NCBI GenBank assembly: GCA_028023455.1
Contig: JAQFVV010000002.1
Coordinates: 25,978,001-26,042,000, forward strand
Direction of reading: 5' to 3'
From: Epiperipatus broadwayi
Taxonomy: Eukaryota > Animalia > Onychophora
DNA: 64,000 bases
Positions within the stretch are counted from its first letter, which is position 1. Every line of letters starts with the position of its first letter. The notes beneath the pieces were generated by a model that was not told the origin of the DNA, did not search any database, and worked only from the letters and a program-made list of their open reading frames with translations. Positions 14,565 through 29,208 of this stretch are shown piece after piece. The translations under genes were made by a program, and so were the position numbers.

Positions 14565-14886
14565 CTAAATATATTTAATTGTTAAGTTAATGTAAAAATA
14601 ACATTTCAAGTGATCTTATTGTCCTCTCTTCTTCTAGGATCAATAGTCTAACCAGTGACAGCCAGCAATGTAAGTGAACCAATGACTTATATTTCTGAAT
14701 ACTGAATTTAAAATGATGTTCTAAGTTTTAGTTACAATGTCACATTAAATTTAGTATTCATGAATTTAAAACTTACCTGTTCATTTCTCATGCTGGCTGG
14801 CATTGGTTGGACCGTCAACTCTAGAAGAGAGAAGAATTAGACTATGTGAAATGTCATATCAACTTATTATATAAATGAATATATTT
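14565..14886. repeat. Imperfect inverted repeat (arms ~145 bp, loop ~30 bp)
   Basis: ctctcttcttctag..gtctaaccagtgacagccagca..tgaatactgaattta pairs with taaatttagtattca..tgctggctggcattggttggac..ctagaagagag. Confidence 0.8.
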
Positions 14887-16781
14887 ACCCATATATAAAT
14901 TGATATATCTGTGAATGCTTAAATGCACATATATATATAGGTATAAACTTAAGGAGAAAAAGTAATAAGTTTAAATAAATTAAAGAATTTTAAAAGACTG
15001 ATTCTTTTAAAATAGTAAGTAAAAGATTTATAACTTTAAGATTAGAAAAAAGATTACTTTCTAAAAGTAATAATCTAATTAAAGTCTCAGTCTGACAGAA
15101 CATAGCAATCCGCCCATTAGAAGTCATGCCTGTATAGAAATTTGAACTGCCAAAAAGTATCTATCTGCCTGAACATAAGCCATAAGGAGCCATGACTAAA
15201 ATCATCAAAGAACCAAAATCCAACTGGTTGGTAATCTACATTCAATAAGAGAAAACAAGAAGCCAGCCATCTCAGAGAAACTTTCAAAATCCTAGATAAT
15301 ATAAATTCTTATTCCCGTTCATAGACTAGCATTAACTTTATGAACAATAAGTAGCAGTAGCAATCTTCGAGTGTCCCTTGATATTCAGCGTAGATGAACT
15401 ATTGCATGTGCGTGGATATCCGCTTCTCATTCTGTTAGCAAATGTTCACAAACCTTTCCTAAATAATTATTATTTATAACCCCAAATGTGTGTGTAGTTA
15501 TGTGTATGTTAATTATATGACATTATTATTGTATATCTTTAGTAAGAATATTTGCATGTAGTATGTATACCATTTTATTATTATTTGCTTATTGAAAGGA
15601 TGTGTGTAGAATAATTTTAAATTTCTAATAATAAATTTATTTAAAATTTAAGAATAAATAGTGTCTGTAATTAGTATTTAATGGGGGTTTTTTTTTTTTG
15701 AGGTTATACCACTAATAAACAATTTTCTTGGATGTCAATTGAATAATTAATGATTTATTTATGTTGTATTATTACTTTTTCTTTATGACTGAGCTAGTTT
15801 GTGATTTATCAGGTGCTGAGTTAGTAGCTGTCATCCAGATTATGTTAATTACTTCTTGTAATTAACTGGCGCCTGAAGTTTACTTCAAAACAAATAGAGT
15901 ACTTTGAATGACAGTTTTTGAATTCAGCAGTCAAGATGTTCTGTAACCTGGAAATATGGCTGTAGGGGTTATACCTTGTGTAATCTCAGTCTGGCTACAG
16001 GTACCCTCTGGGTACTATGCTTCTCTGCCTGAGGGATCGGGTGCTGTAATATTTAAATTGCAGCTGAGTAGTTCGAATTTATAATAATTTTATATTGTCA
16101 TTTTTTTACAAAAAGAAGGCAACAATTTGTTTATAATGTTTTCACAATTTTGTTTTTATTAAAAAGTAAGTTTTATTTTTGTATTCTAGTTATTTTATTA
16201 AAGAGTAAACAAAAAAAATTTATTCAAGATTTTTTTTTTTTAATTCGATCTATCTACCACCTGGTGCAACATGTTCTTTATTAAACATTCAAAATGGACA
16301 TCTTGATTTAAGTTGCATCTTATGTGTTGATTTCAAATTATTGACAAGTCTGATTTTCTGTGAGGCAATCTAATATTAGGGAGTAGATTATATGAAAGAA
16401 TTGATTGCCACTGCAAGGGAGTAAACAAGTATACCACTAATATTTCTCATAGAAATATTTAATTAGGTATCTATAACTTTAGTGATTAGTTTGGGTTTAA
16501 TTTAATAAGATAAATTATGCTATGATTCAAGATCATTCTTAAATAGCATGAGTTAGTATTATATTTCAGGCTATATTGCAAAGGATTATATTTAAATTAA
16601 GATGATTCCCTGTTGAAAAATTGAATATAATGTCTTTATTGGATTAAGAATAAGATTCCAGTCTTTGAAAAACATTTCCAACTTTTTTATATCCTTATTG
16701 GGAGACTTTATTTCAGGAAAGGATCTATATCTTGAGAATTATTGTCAGAAGAAAGGAATTCTTTGTCTTGAATATCTAGAT

Positions 16782-17225
16782 TAGGGATCAAATAAACTGC
16801 CTCATGAACCACATGTGATTCTTTGATCCTAATCTTGGGTCTCTTTTTATCATGAAAAACGTAGACACGTTTTTATTTCATCTAATTTGTAAATAAATAT
16901 TTTGATAATTCTATAGAAGGGAAAATGTGCATTAAAACTTTGTTTCTTGAAATCAGCCTTATTACAAATATTAATTATACTAGAAATTTGTGAATAAAAC
17001 AAACTGTCAAAGTAATATTTTATTTATTTGTATGAGAATTTTTATTTATGTTCGATTTATTCAGATTCTATTCTATTATAAAATTCATATAGATCCACAG
17101 CTATTCAGAAATTCATATTTTTCATGAATCTATTTTTGAACTCTTTCCTTGTGGCTCTCTTATGGGGAAGGGGCAAGATATTTAAACAAAATGGTTCTAA
17201 ATGTTAAAAAGTTTGCCGAACCCTG
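16782..17225. mobile_element. hAT (Charlie-like) MITE, 444 bp
   Basis: Identical 8-bp TSD ATCTAGAT at 16774-16781 and 17226-17233. The right end aagtttgccgaaccctg and decayed left end tagggatcaaataaactgcctcatgaaccacatgtg resemble CAGGGGTCGGCAAAC-type hAT TIRs. Confidence 0.8.
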
Positions 17226-19259
17226 ATCTAGATCACTGATGAATATATTAAATAAGATAATGAGAGAACTAAAGTCTATGGCAGTCTGAAAAAATCACTA
17301 AAAGATTAAATATTGGTAATTAATTTTAATTTTCCAGTGATTTTTTTTCATGTTTTGCCTTAGGCATTTTAATTATTCATCGATTTCAGCCATTTTTTTA
17401 TAGAAATTTATCACTTGCAGGCTTCTTGGTGGTTCTGCAGCATCACCTAGTGGCCACAGTACACATAACCAAAAACTACCAAAAAAAATTGATTACATTT
17501 AGCAGCAACCATTTTCAAATTAAATACAGCCATTTCTACTTCAAGAGAAAAAGATTAAATTCTTCAGAATGTCCTTGAGATAATCCTTATAATGTAGATA
17601 TGATCTGACCCATTAAAACTATACTCTAGTTCAACATAAAATATTTCTTTTAGGAAGTCTATCATATTCTAGCCAATGAAGTGAATTTATACTACTGGAA
17701 TCTGTATACCCCAAAAGTATTATTACATTACCAGCCAAGTCGCATCAATGTATTTGGAATAAACATTAACGCAAATAAAACTTAAATAAGAATTTATTCA
17801 TTCATCACAAAATAATATATGTAAGTAGATGAAAATCAAAATATTTAGTCTTTTTAGCTTCCATCAGTGTATGTATAAATTCTTTACATGCATGCTTATA
17901 GTCTATTTATGTGTTAATCTTAACATAACTTCTCTTATGTATAGACACACTTTAGTAGATTGTTTTCAATTTTTATTTATTAAGTATATACATATCTGCA
18001 CACACTGCATTATAACTACTACAGATAGTCCAACTCCTCCCCTCACTCAAGAAAGTTATCTTTTTAATCACAAATATAATTCTGCAGCCTTTGGGATAGT
18101 CGATAGTTTCTGACATATCTCAGTGGGGATATAGGCCTTTCATCATCTTGAGAATTTTACCCTTCTTGAGATTATTTCAACTATAGGAGATTCACCTCTA
18201 CTGTAATAGCTTACTCATTAGACTGATTATTCATTTCAGTTAAGTCGATTTTGACTGTTTAATATTAGATAACTATCTCATTTTTAAATAATATTTAATC
18301 CAAATTTATTAAAAAAGTATTTAGGAATAAATATGTTTCATTTTATGTTCCTTGGAATAGGTAAAGAATTCTAAAAATATTCTTAAAATGCAAAAAAAAT
18401 AATATATATCAAATGATATGTGGATGCAAAAAATCATACATTAGGAAGTTAGTATGTACTTGGGAGAAAATCTAATATACAATCTTGTAAAAAAAGCTAT
18501 GAATAATAAGTTTTAGTTAACCCAGATCATATAAGAATATTAAATGAAGAAAGCCATTCATAAAAAGAAAAAAGTTAAAGAGGCAAGCTTTATAGACCAA
18601 TTTAAAGATTGTATAATAGACAATCTGCTAATATTGATATACACAATTCTTGGAAAATCACACGAGTTTTTTTTTGTTTACATTAATTCAGTTGAGAATC
18701 ATTACAATGTAATCAAAAATACTTTTAATTTATATATAGTTATTGTCTTGTACTTTTGTTTAATATATATAGTTTCTATACTGCAAGTTATTGTCTACCA
18801 TTATTATAATTTAAAATGTATATAAGGATTAATAAATATAAAGTAAAAGCTTACAAAAATGACGTTTAGTTTACCACATATCCAAATTACCATACAAATC
18901 CAACTAATTGGGATTCTAAAATGACTCTGCAGTCTTCTTTTTATAACCTACCCATAATTCAGTTGTTGGCTTCTGGAAATAAGATGATCTTAATTTATTA
19001 CTTGCAAGCTATGCTTGAAAATACAATAGGATTATCTTATCAACTGTCCTCACAATCAAAATTGAAAAATTTGGTCTTTATTTATTTTTGATTATACAAA
19101 TCTTTTTTTAAAATTCTTTTAAAGTTAAGCTTTCAGAATTGAATCTCCGACGTAATTACATTTAATTACTCATCTAAATCTTATTACTACCATTATTTGT
19201 CTGTTTTTGTATTTAAATTTTAAGTAATTATTATTTTATTATCATAACTTACAATACTG

Positions 19260-21700
19260 AATTTATTTGCATTAGTCTGCCTCTGCAGACAGTGTACCTA
19301 TCCTCATAGATATTTTGGTAGGCATCTGATACTTCTATATTATCCCTTCTTGTTTCACTTCATAGGCCTGGTGTATCTCTGGCTGCTCATACAGTACAGC
19401 ATTTACCAGGTTCTCAGTTTGATTATCTGCTGGAGTTGATATCTCGAGACTATGATGATGTCTTGATTTATCAATGGATATCTATATTATATCAAAAAGC
19501 AGGTGATTTTTATGCTATTTTACCTGGTGTTTATTCTTTATCCAGATCCCTAGATAGTTCTGAACTCAAATGTTTTATAGTAAATTTATTCTTAAACAAA
19601 TCAAATATTTGATTTAATGAGTTAATTTCAATCTGTTTTTTGATCATTAATACTTCTGGGATTTTACCAGATCGATATCAGTGGCAGAGAATGTTGTGCA
19701 AATAATTCCTTTCTTGGAAATGAATTGAATCATTTTCTGTCACCCCTTTAACTACTATATCGTCTTTTATGGAAGTGCTAGTAAACACAGAATGCCCATT
19801 TTTTCGCATTGTTTTTCCATTTTCTCTGATAAGAAAATTGTTTCTTTGTATGAGAGAAATACCTCCAGAATCTCATGATTTTTCATAAACATCTCAAGAC
19901 CTTTTATTGTTTTATTTTTTACCAGGTTAAAGTTCCACCATGCTATTACAAGAAGAAAATTTCCTCTGATCTGCCTCAAACCAAGGAATATTAACTTTTG
20001 GCTTCATATTGCTTTTTCTTTGGCATGCCTCACATTTTTTAATATAGTTCTCCAAATCCAAGTTTAATCCTTGCTATCAGATACCAATATGCTTTTATCA
20101 TGATTACCCTGGGGTGTTCATTGTGAATCAGTTTCAAGACTTTTCCCTCCCAATACTTTCTCATTTAGAATATATTCATTTGTGATTAATAGTTGCTTAT
20201 GTACATAGTTTGCATTAATTATTTTGCATGTTGATTTGGCCAATCTTATTGTAATCTTATATTACTTTGCTAACCATCATCCAATCTTGACTACCCTTAT
20301 CATTAAATGTTCTGGCCCCCATCTTGTTTATATGATTTTTTACTCAGACATGCTAATGCATTTCCATGTTATCTGATTTCTTTTATATATTCATGCTTCT
20401 TTTCACACTGAAAGGATATGCCAGAATAACAACAGATGTGGATTTAAAAGATTGGTCCATTAATAACTTAAAATTCTTGTAAATATTTGTAAAGTTTTTT
20501 TGATCTTGAAAACTAATGCCTGTGGCTCTGCCATTGTGGCTATAATTTCATTCAGCTTTTGACAAAGCTCTCAAGGTATATGGTATTGATCTTTCATTTT
20601 CACCCCCAAATGAATACTACCCTAACCCATCTTGGATCTATTGTTCACATAGTCATTTGTTTTACATTAAAATACACTAAAACTTTATTTAATATAAGTA
20701 GCACTTTCCTGGGAGATCATAGAAGGATTTTACCACTTCTTACAAATTTTTTTAAAAATTTACCCCTAATTTAATGCTTGTAGTTATGCCTAATCTTGTA
20801 AAATGATAGTCATTTTCCTTTCTCATTTAGAGCATGTCCTAGAAATTTGATTTTTCCAGGTTCACCATAGTTTTTTTTAATGTATACATCAAAACTTTCT
20901 TGTCTATCACTTTCATTATATAGTGTTCCACTTTCACATGAGCCATGATTAAAATATGGAGCAGTCCCTATTAATACCTAAAAAAAGTGCATCTATTTTT
21001 GTCTGAAAAATGTGGTTGTAATTCCTAAAAAATCAACCTATTTAATCTAAACAGACCCACTTGTGCCATTATTGGTATTTGGTAAAAAGCCACCTATATA
21101 TTATGCAGTAATCTACAAATATGCAAATTCCCACTAGGTTCATCACTAGTGCAATGAGGATTCATCTTGAACATCCAATGTGTTAGTATTCCTTTCTTAG
21201 CAATTATCATAATTCTTTTGACCCATACTGTGTGATTTTTGGTTTACAATTAGCTTGAATCCTTACATCAACAGCAAATTTATCAGATCTTTACTAAACA
21301 AGTATGGATTTGATATCTTTGCAATATATATACACACATACATTAGATTTTCCTCCCCGAAGTCAATTGTGACTCTGACAAAATATAATTTCCTACCTTA
21401 TTTCCATTTATATCTTTAGCTATTATAGTCTGAATTTTTTAGATGAGTTTATCTGGCTTCTACTGTTATTTACTCCAGTTCTTTTTCGATACAAATGATA
21501 TGTGGCAAATGCCAGTATTGAAAAGGTTTTTCAATCATTTACTAAATATCCATTTGCTGTTGTCACTAATCTAATTTCATCCAGATCAATTCAAGAAATT
21601 AATTTCAGGTTTGTTTTCAAACATTTTCATGTTTTTGAAAATTCTTGATTTGCTTATTCTGGGTTACATTAGTATGTGGATGATAGTTTTCTCAAGGAAA
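19260..21700 (-). mobile_element. Second, older Ty3/gypsy relic (protease, RT, RNase H, integrase fragments)
   Basis: Minus-strand fragments: FNTGICHISFVSKKNWSK (protease-like), PSGNLHIC, FLGITT, GKIKFLGH (RT), ALVFKIKKLYKY (RNase H), LKLIHNEHP..KKCEACQ (integrase HHCC), GNFLLVI and SGKIPEVLM (integrase core). Confidence 0.75.
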
Positions 21701-22912
21701 TATTATATACATGCAACTGGCATCTAAAACTGAATCTATCAATGTTTAACGTTTAAAAAATAAACATGGAAGTAACAAGTTTATAAGTTTGTATATAACA
21801 TTTGTAATACAAGCTTGTTAAATTAGGTCATGTGACATATGACTTTCTTTGTAGTTTTATTTTTTGCTATTAAGGCTTTGGCAGTTTTATATTGCTAAAG
21901 TTATTAATATGTCATATCTGAACTTGGTTCAGTCCCATATGCTATTTAAGTTAGATAGCTGGATTGGAAGACATGGATGTCTGAAAATTTTCAGATTTTC
22001 TATTTAATAGTTATCCATTAGATAAAGTGCTGGGCTTGTCCTGTTATTTTTAATCTAATGCTTGAATGTCCTAGCACCTCACTGAGGAAGCCAGCAGCAG
22101 AAACCAGTCTGGTATTGAGAATATTTTGCAAAACTTGTTAAGAACTTATTTGCAAGTTCTATATATAAAAATTGGTATATTAAATTTCTCAATTTGAAAT
22201 GCAGTATTTTGTAGCTGAAAACAGGTTACTTTAAAGCAAAGAGAAATAAAATGTGATTTAATTTTAATTTACCGGGTCAGATTAAACTAGCTTTTGATTT
22301 AAGAAAAAATGTCTGGTGAACAGATTCTACAAAAGTACAGAAAAAATAATATGAAATGCGTTTTTGATGTCAGTTAAAAATAAGCACTTAAAAAATTCTT
22401 GCATTAAAATTTATATATTTGCAGGCATAAAATATTATTAGTTCATACTTTTATTATTGCAGACATTACTGGGGGATAAATATTAGTTATTTATGTATGT
22501 AAAAGATATATTAGTTTCCTGACATCAAAAGCTAAAATTATCTCTGTTTACATGGATATAATCTCGTTTATTCTTTATTATAATAACAATCCATAAAAAC
22601 ATTTAATTCTATAAATATATATAGCAGTTACATAAAACATCTCAAGATTTTCTTTTAAAATCCAGAAATCAAAGAGAACAAGTTACCTATATTTTCACAC
22701 TTCTAAAAAATTTTACAGAGTGAACAAATTAGACTAATATAGCTATTTCTACTATATAAATGAAAATAATTTATACACTATTCAACAAGGACAAAATATT
22801 GTTTTACAACTTTAAAAATAAATTCAAATTACTTGGCCAAATGTGCTCTCTTGGCTAAAGTAAGCAACACATTTTATAAACAAACATTAAATATTTAACA
22901 TTGCTTGAACTT

Positions 22913-25900
22913 CATCATCATTATCAATCCACTGCTGGATGAAGGTCTCTCCAAGTTTAATCCATCTCCGATCTTTAGCTTCTCTTCTCCACATCACCCC
23001 TACACATTTTCTTATTTCATCCATCCATCTTACATGTGGTCTCCTTCTGGGTCTTTTACAATCTCTTGGAATCCAGTTTAAAATTTCAATTGTTCATCTA
23101 TTATCATCTCTTCTAGCAATATGTCCAGCCCAACTCCACTTCAATCTTTTAATTTTTTCAATGAGGTCAGTAACACCTGTTTGTTCTCTTACCCATACAT
23201 TGCGTTTTCGATCTCTTCTTGTTACTCCCAACATACATCTCTCCATACTTCTTTGAGTGGTCTGAAGTCTCTGTATTGATCTTCTATTAAGTGTCCAAGT
23301 CTCAGATCCATAAGTAAGAACTGGTAAAACACATTTGTTAAAAACCTTTCTTTTCAAACACATAGGCATATTTCCTTTTAATATCAAGTTATTTCTACCA
23401 AAAGCACTCCAACCAAGTTTAATTCTATGATTAATTTCCTCTATTATGTTTCCATCTGTATTAATAATCTGACCAAGGTATTTGTAACTCTTAACTTCTT
23501 CTAATTCATCATAATCAATCTTTATTTTCATATTTGGAGCAAATCGATTAAACATTACTTTAGTCTTTTTAACATTTATCTTTAGTCCTACTTTCATCTG
23601 ATAACTCCTGCAACATTTCCTGCAGCTCGGAAGCATTATTTGCAAAAACAACTACATCATCTGCGAAATCTAAATGACTTAAATAATCTCCATTTACTTT
23701 CACTCCTTTAGTTTCCCATTTTAATCCACAAAATACTTCTTGCAGCACTGCTGTAAAACGTTTTGGAGATATGGAGTCACCTTGTCTTACACCTTTCTCA
23801 ATTTTTGACTTTCCCAGTATCATTATGTAATCTAATTGTTGCTGTTGCATTTTTATAAATATTCTTTAAAATATGACAATATCCTGGATCTATACCTTGA
23901 TGATCCAATGCTTTAATCACTGAAGAAATGTTTATAGAATCAAATGCCTTTTCATAATCTACAAATCCAAAACATAATGACAACTCATATTCATTTGTCC
24001 TTTCTATAACTTCTCTCAATACTTGAATATGATCTACTGTACTAAAACCACTTTTAAATCCAGCTTGTTCTCTTGGTTGGTGAAAATCCAAGGTTCTCTG
24101 TAGACGAGTTGTAATTATCTTGGTAAAAATTTTATATAAAACTGATAAAAGGCTGATAGGTCTGTAATTTCTAATATCTTCTTTATCACCTTTTTTAAAT
24201 ATTAATATTATTACTGCATTCTTCCAATCATCTGGTACATCTTTATCATTTAGACATTTGGTATATAACTTTGCTAATATTTTTCTGTTTCTTCACCTGC
24301 TTCTTTTAATATATCAATTATAATTCCATCATTACCTGGAGCCTTTCCTTTTTTCATACATTTAATTGCATTTCTCACTTCTTCATTTAAAATTCTGGGC
24401 AATTCGGAAGATGTAATAGATATAGGAGGTACTTGTTCTTTATTACTATATAATTCTTGATAAAAATCTTTTACCAATTTCATAATGTCATCCCTCTTTT
24501 TAGTAATAATTCCATCTTTTTTCCTTATTGCAGATATAAATTTCCTACCAATACCAAAATGTTGTTTTACATTCTTAAGACTTTTATTTTCTTCTACAGC
24601 TTTTCTTGCTAGTTCACAGTTATACTTTCTTATATCATTTTCAACTCTTTTCTGCACCATTTTACAAAATTCGAGATATTCAATTCTTTTTAATGCATCA
24701 TTCTTGCATATCTTCATATTCCTTCTTTTCTTCATAAGTTCTCTAGTCTCAGTAGAAATTTTATTAGTCAATTGCTGCTTTTTTCTACCAGCTATCTTTG
24801 TTGCAGTTTTTAAAAGTGTATCAGTTATTTTCATATTAATTTCATTCAAATCTGAATCATGTTCAAAATCTACTAATACTTGAAACCGATTTGTAAGTTC
24901 TAATTTAAATTCATTAGAATGTTTCTGAAGATTAGGAATATCAACTGTAAATATAGTTTTTCTTAATAATTTTTGTCTCTCTAGTTTTACATTAACATGT
25001 ATCTTACCCCTTACTAATCGATGATCACTTCCTGTGTTAAATTTATTAAGAACATTACAATCTTGAAATATGTATTTCCTGTTAGTCAAAATATAATCCA
25101 ATTCTGCTGTTCCTTCATTTGGATGCTTCCATGTCCATTTCCTTCTAACATTTTTCTCAAAAAAAGAATTCATAATATAAAGTTTTTCCTTCTCTGCAAA
25201 CTCCACAAGTCTATGTCCTCTCTCATTTCTATTACCATAACCAAAATTACCTACAACACTTTCATCTTTCATTTGTTTACCAATTCTAGCATTAAAATCT
25301 CCCATAACAATTTTAAAATGTTGTTTACTCTGATCAAAAGCCTTTTGTACATCCATATAAAAATCTTCTACTACTTCATCACTATGAGAACTTGTTGGGG
25401 CATAAACCTGAATTATCTGCATTTGATATCTGCTATTAAGTTGTATAACTAATCTTGCCACTCTGTCTGATACACCATCAATCTCCACAATATTGTTCTT
25501 CCACTTTTTATTTATAATGAATCCTACTCCACTTGTATTTCCAATATTTGTGCCTTTATAATAGAGCATATGTCCACTTTTTAAATCAATTGTCTCTTCA
25601 CCTTTTCTTCTAACTTCACAAAGTCCAATAATATCCCATTTAATATAAGAGAGTTCTTCTAATTCTTGCAATCTTCCTTCACTTGAAAGTGATCTGCAGT
25701 TGTAAGTACCTAAATAAAAAGTCATCATCAAATGGCAGCCTGGGTCCGCCTCCAGGATATTCTTAGCACCCTCCGCCTTCGGCCACCAACTGCTGCCTTG
25801 GTTGGTGACTTTACAGCCTCCTGGGATTAAGGGCCATGCTTTATTTTTGTCTGTCATAATTGTATAATTGGGAAAAATCTTTATCATTTACACAAACATT

Positions 25901-26178
25901 CATTCTGCCTTATCAGGCACTGAGAAGAAAGACCATGGTGTTTCTTGATCTTAAACTCAGAGGTAAAAAGCCAATAAACTCACCACGCTGGCTAATGCGT
26001 GTTGGTGAGCAGCCCATTCATGTTCGTATACTATATGAATAAACATATAGTAATAACAGCTGCAACGACAAGAACGTATGGAGTGGACATTAGGAATTTG
26101 CCCTGCTCGGTTCCTTTAAGGCCTCCAAGAGGAATCAAAGGGTCTCCTTTCAGTTAATAGCAAACTCCTTTCTGCAGC
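22913..26178 (-). mobile_element. Full-length RTE-clade LINE (3266 bp), APE plus RT, with a few inactivating lesions
   Basis: 14-bp TSD CATTGCTTGAACTT at 22899-22912 and 26179-26192; (TGA)n-like 3' tail. ORF 24274-25887 has GTYNCRSL, DIIGLCEVRR, GDFNARIG and SDH. Downstream fragments have FVDYEKAFDS, GVRQGDSISP, FADD and VLPVLTYGSETW. Three frameshifts and one TGG>TGA stop. Confidence 0.97.
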
Positions 26179-27809
26179 CATTGCTTGAACTTATATATAT
26201 ATGTAATAAAAATCTGAATTCTAATTTTTTTATATAATTCTAATGTAAATGTTTTTTTAGAATGGAAGTCATATTCCTTTGTTTTATTTTATTTGATTAT
26301 ATCATTTTGATCCATTCATACAATTTTTCCCCTGAATTTGGACCAATTCACTGCAGAGGATGATGAATAAAGAAGTGAAAGAAACGATTGCTATTTTTCT
26401 GTGACATCATCTTGGCTAACAGGTGTCTGATCATTATAAAAAAAATAAAGGCAATTAATAATGTTTTAAAATTTTACACTGGATAATCACTAGGTGAATG
26501 TTGTAACCCAGATCGATTAAGCCATAAGTCAAAAGTTAGACATGGAACTATATTCTTAGTTAGACAGCAATGAAGACTATATACTAATCTGTATTGCATA
26601 ATATAATAATCAAGGATATATAAGTCCAGTTATTCTATTTCTTATAGTTATAACTTTTGTATAAACCAATTTCGAGAATTTAACATTTTGCACTATCTTA
26701 ATCATCTGTATTTTATACGCAATAAATCAATCTGCATTTACAATTGCGATTCTTTACATGAAACCAGAAGCTTAGTTATTAATAATAAAAAATTTAATAT
26801 GAAAATGATTTATATATACTAAATATGAAATAAGAGAAACTAGATTGAAGGAAGAAAAATACAGATTTGAACTGGTAGAACAAACATTAAGTTAACTAAA
26901 GTTATAAAAGTTGGAAAAATGGGGTTATGGTTAAATGATCTGTGCAATATTAATCTGGACACCAGATAGGTGGAATATCAAGGAATGTTAATTCTTTTTT
27001 AATAATCTAATCTGAATTTCTAATTATAAATATAACAAATTAAATTCTAGTGTTGTTAAAATTAATTAATATCTAACATACATGCTATATATATACCTGT
27101 ACAAACAGTGCAATATATAGTGTAATTTGAGCTGACTTTCACATGACCCTCATCTCTCCACACTATCTCATACCACTATGTCACGTAAAATTTTATTTAA
27201 TTTTTGTAACAATTAACATTTTTTGAAAAACTTATGGCTGAATATATATATCAATTTAAAAAAACTTTTTGAAATTTTGTATAGAGGGCCAAAAATTCTA
27301 GCTGCACCAGTGGCATAAACCAAGCATTCCTAGTAAATAATCTATATATTGGGAGAAAATTCAACAATAGATTATTCAAGTTCACTGAGTGAATACTATT
27401 TCCATTAATTTTTGGCTATGGTTTATTGTTCTTAACAACATGCACAATAAAATCTTCATGAATAAAATTTGATTTGACAACAGTATCAAATAAGGAATGA
27501 AAATTTTCTGAATCTAACGTTTTAGCATATGGGATATCAGATACTATTTTTCAAAAATAATCTTTGTTATATCTTTCCCTGAAACATGTAGGAAATCCAA
27601 GAATAGAAAATGCTAAATTAAACATCGCAACTAATATAATCCAATACCATGCAGTCTCCTTTCATTCAGTGAACTATCTTTCTAATTTCACAATTAAACT
27701 TCCTTCCTTTGTAAGTCAAATTTCACTGACAGCAATGATAGTCTGAAAGCAAAACAATTTCCAAGCTGCGTGTATTGTTTTATTTTTAAAAAAAAGGCTT
27801 ATGGCTTTA

Positions 27810-27905
27810 TTGCTTGGTAGTCCATAAGCTCAAGTGCCAGAATAAATCCTGAGACCTCTCGATTCCAAATCACTATCAACTGTGCCAATCACATAGGACT
27901 ATTGT
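27810..27905 (-). mobile_element. Possible decayed tRNA-derived SINE head
   Basis: Minus strand tagtcctatgtgattggcac..ggaatcgagaggtctcaggatttattc is a weak A-box/B-box arrangement. Confidence 0.3.
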
Positions 27906-29208
27906 TTTATGTTGATTTTACAAAAGATTACATTAACAAAGTTTGTACATTTCTTTTACGTACACTTTACAAAAGATTTCTATTACCATAATGACCCACT
28001 TTGCCATCATCATTCACTGCAAAATAAGACAGAATTTAATAGTTTCTATTTTTTACATTACTCCAACAAACTTCCTTACCTTATCCACCTAGTCTCTTAC
28101 TAGATCATTTACAAACTCTCAGAATACAGTTTAACACTTCAGTTGTCATCTCCGATAAAAACATAACACGTAAAGTGCATTTCAATAGGTTAATTCTTTC
28201 ATAACTTGTTTCCTTATCCATATATTTTATACTCAATCATAATTCTTAGCCTGAAATATCTTGCAGAACATCATAAAATTGTGGCAAAATCATTTTCAAA
28301 TTTCAGAACTATCTCTTGGACCCCATTGACCAAATAAAAGTTGAGTTTTATGAAATACAATAGTAAAGAATACATCTACATTTCAATAACTTATATTATC
28401 AAACTTAACATCAGACAAGCATTAGCAAAAGTATTTGGACAATGATGAGTTAAATTATTCAAAGATTGTTAATAATTATTTCTACAAGTTTTATTATCAG
28501 TCTCACATTTTAAAAATAATTCCAAAATATTTTATCAAATAAAATGTTGCTTAATCAATACATAGTACAATAATCAAATTTTTTTTTAAAAAAAAGATAT
28601 GACAAATTAATTTTATTTCTGATGACAAGCAGTGGCCATCCTAAAGAAAAAGGTTATTTCTGTTTTGCTGTTGTTTTATTGAAGATAGCGGGTGTGATCC
28701 AGATGAAACTAATAAATAGTTCAGGGGTATAGTTATCATCTTCATAATTTGTTTTCAAACTATGAATGTGTGTCAATTTATTCCAGTTCCCAGAATTTTA
28801 ATGATTACCGATTATTTAGGTAATGTCTCGTTACGGGAAAATGTTTCATTTTTCAATAATGAATTAACTGCATGGATAAATGGTCAATAAATCAAATATT
28901 TTATTATCATGCAAGTACAAACAGATATTTATTTTGAGATTACTTTGTAAAAACTTAAAAAAGGCAAAATTTCCTATTGTGTGGTATTATGCATAATACC
29001 TTTTCAATTTTTGTCAACTACTATTTTTTTAGATTATTTTGTAAAAAATTACCGAAAAAATATTATTTTATTTAAATACAGATATTGTAAAAGTACAATT
29101 TTATGTTGCACTTATTTTTGGATTAGGTAAAAATCTAGGTTCCACTATTTATACCTTAAATTAAATACATATCAAAAGTATGCTAAATCGTCAATTTATC
29201 GATTAGTT

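Noticed and set aside
18095-18150. Minus-strand gatgatgaaaggcc...gaaac resembling a hammerhead/PLE end
   Set aside because: The core lacks the initial CUGA and stem II does not pair; no repeat partner seen.
26360-26430. C/D-box snoRNA-like spacing (ATGATGA ... CTGA, 71 nt)
   Set aside because: No convincing terminal stem, no recognisable rRNA/snRNA guide and no + strand host gene here; such motifs arise by chance.
27300-27720. Minus-strand TIIAVSEI*L resembling an APE motif
   Set aside because: A single short motif with no supporting downstream motifs; too weak to call.
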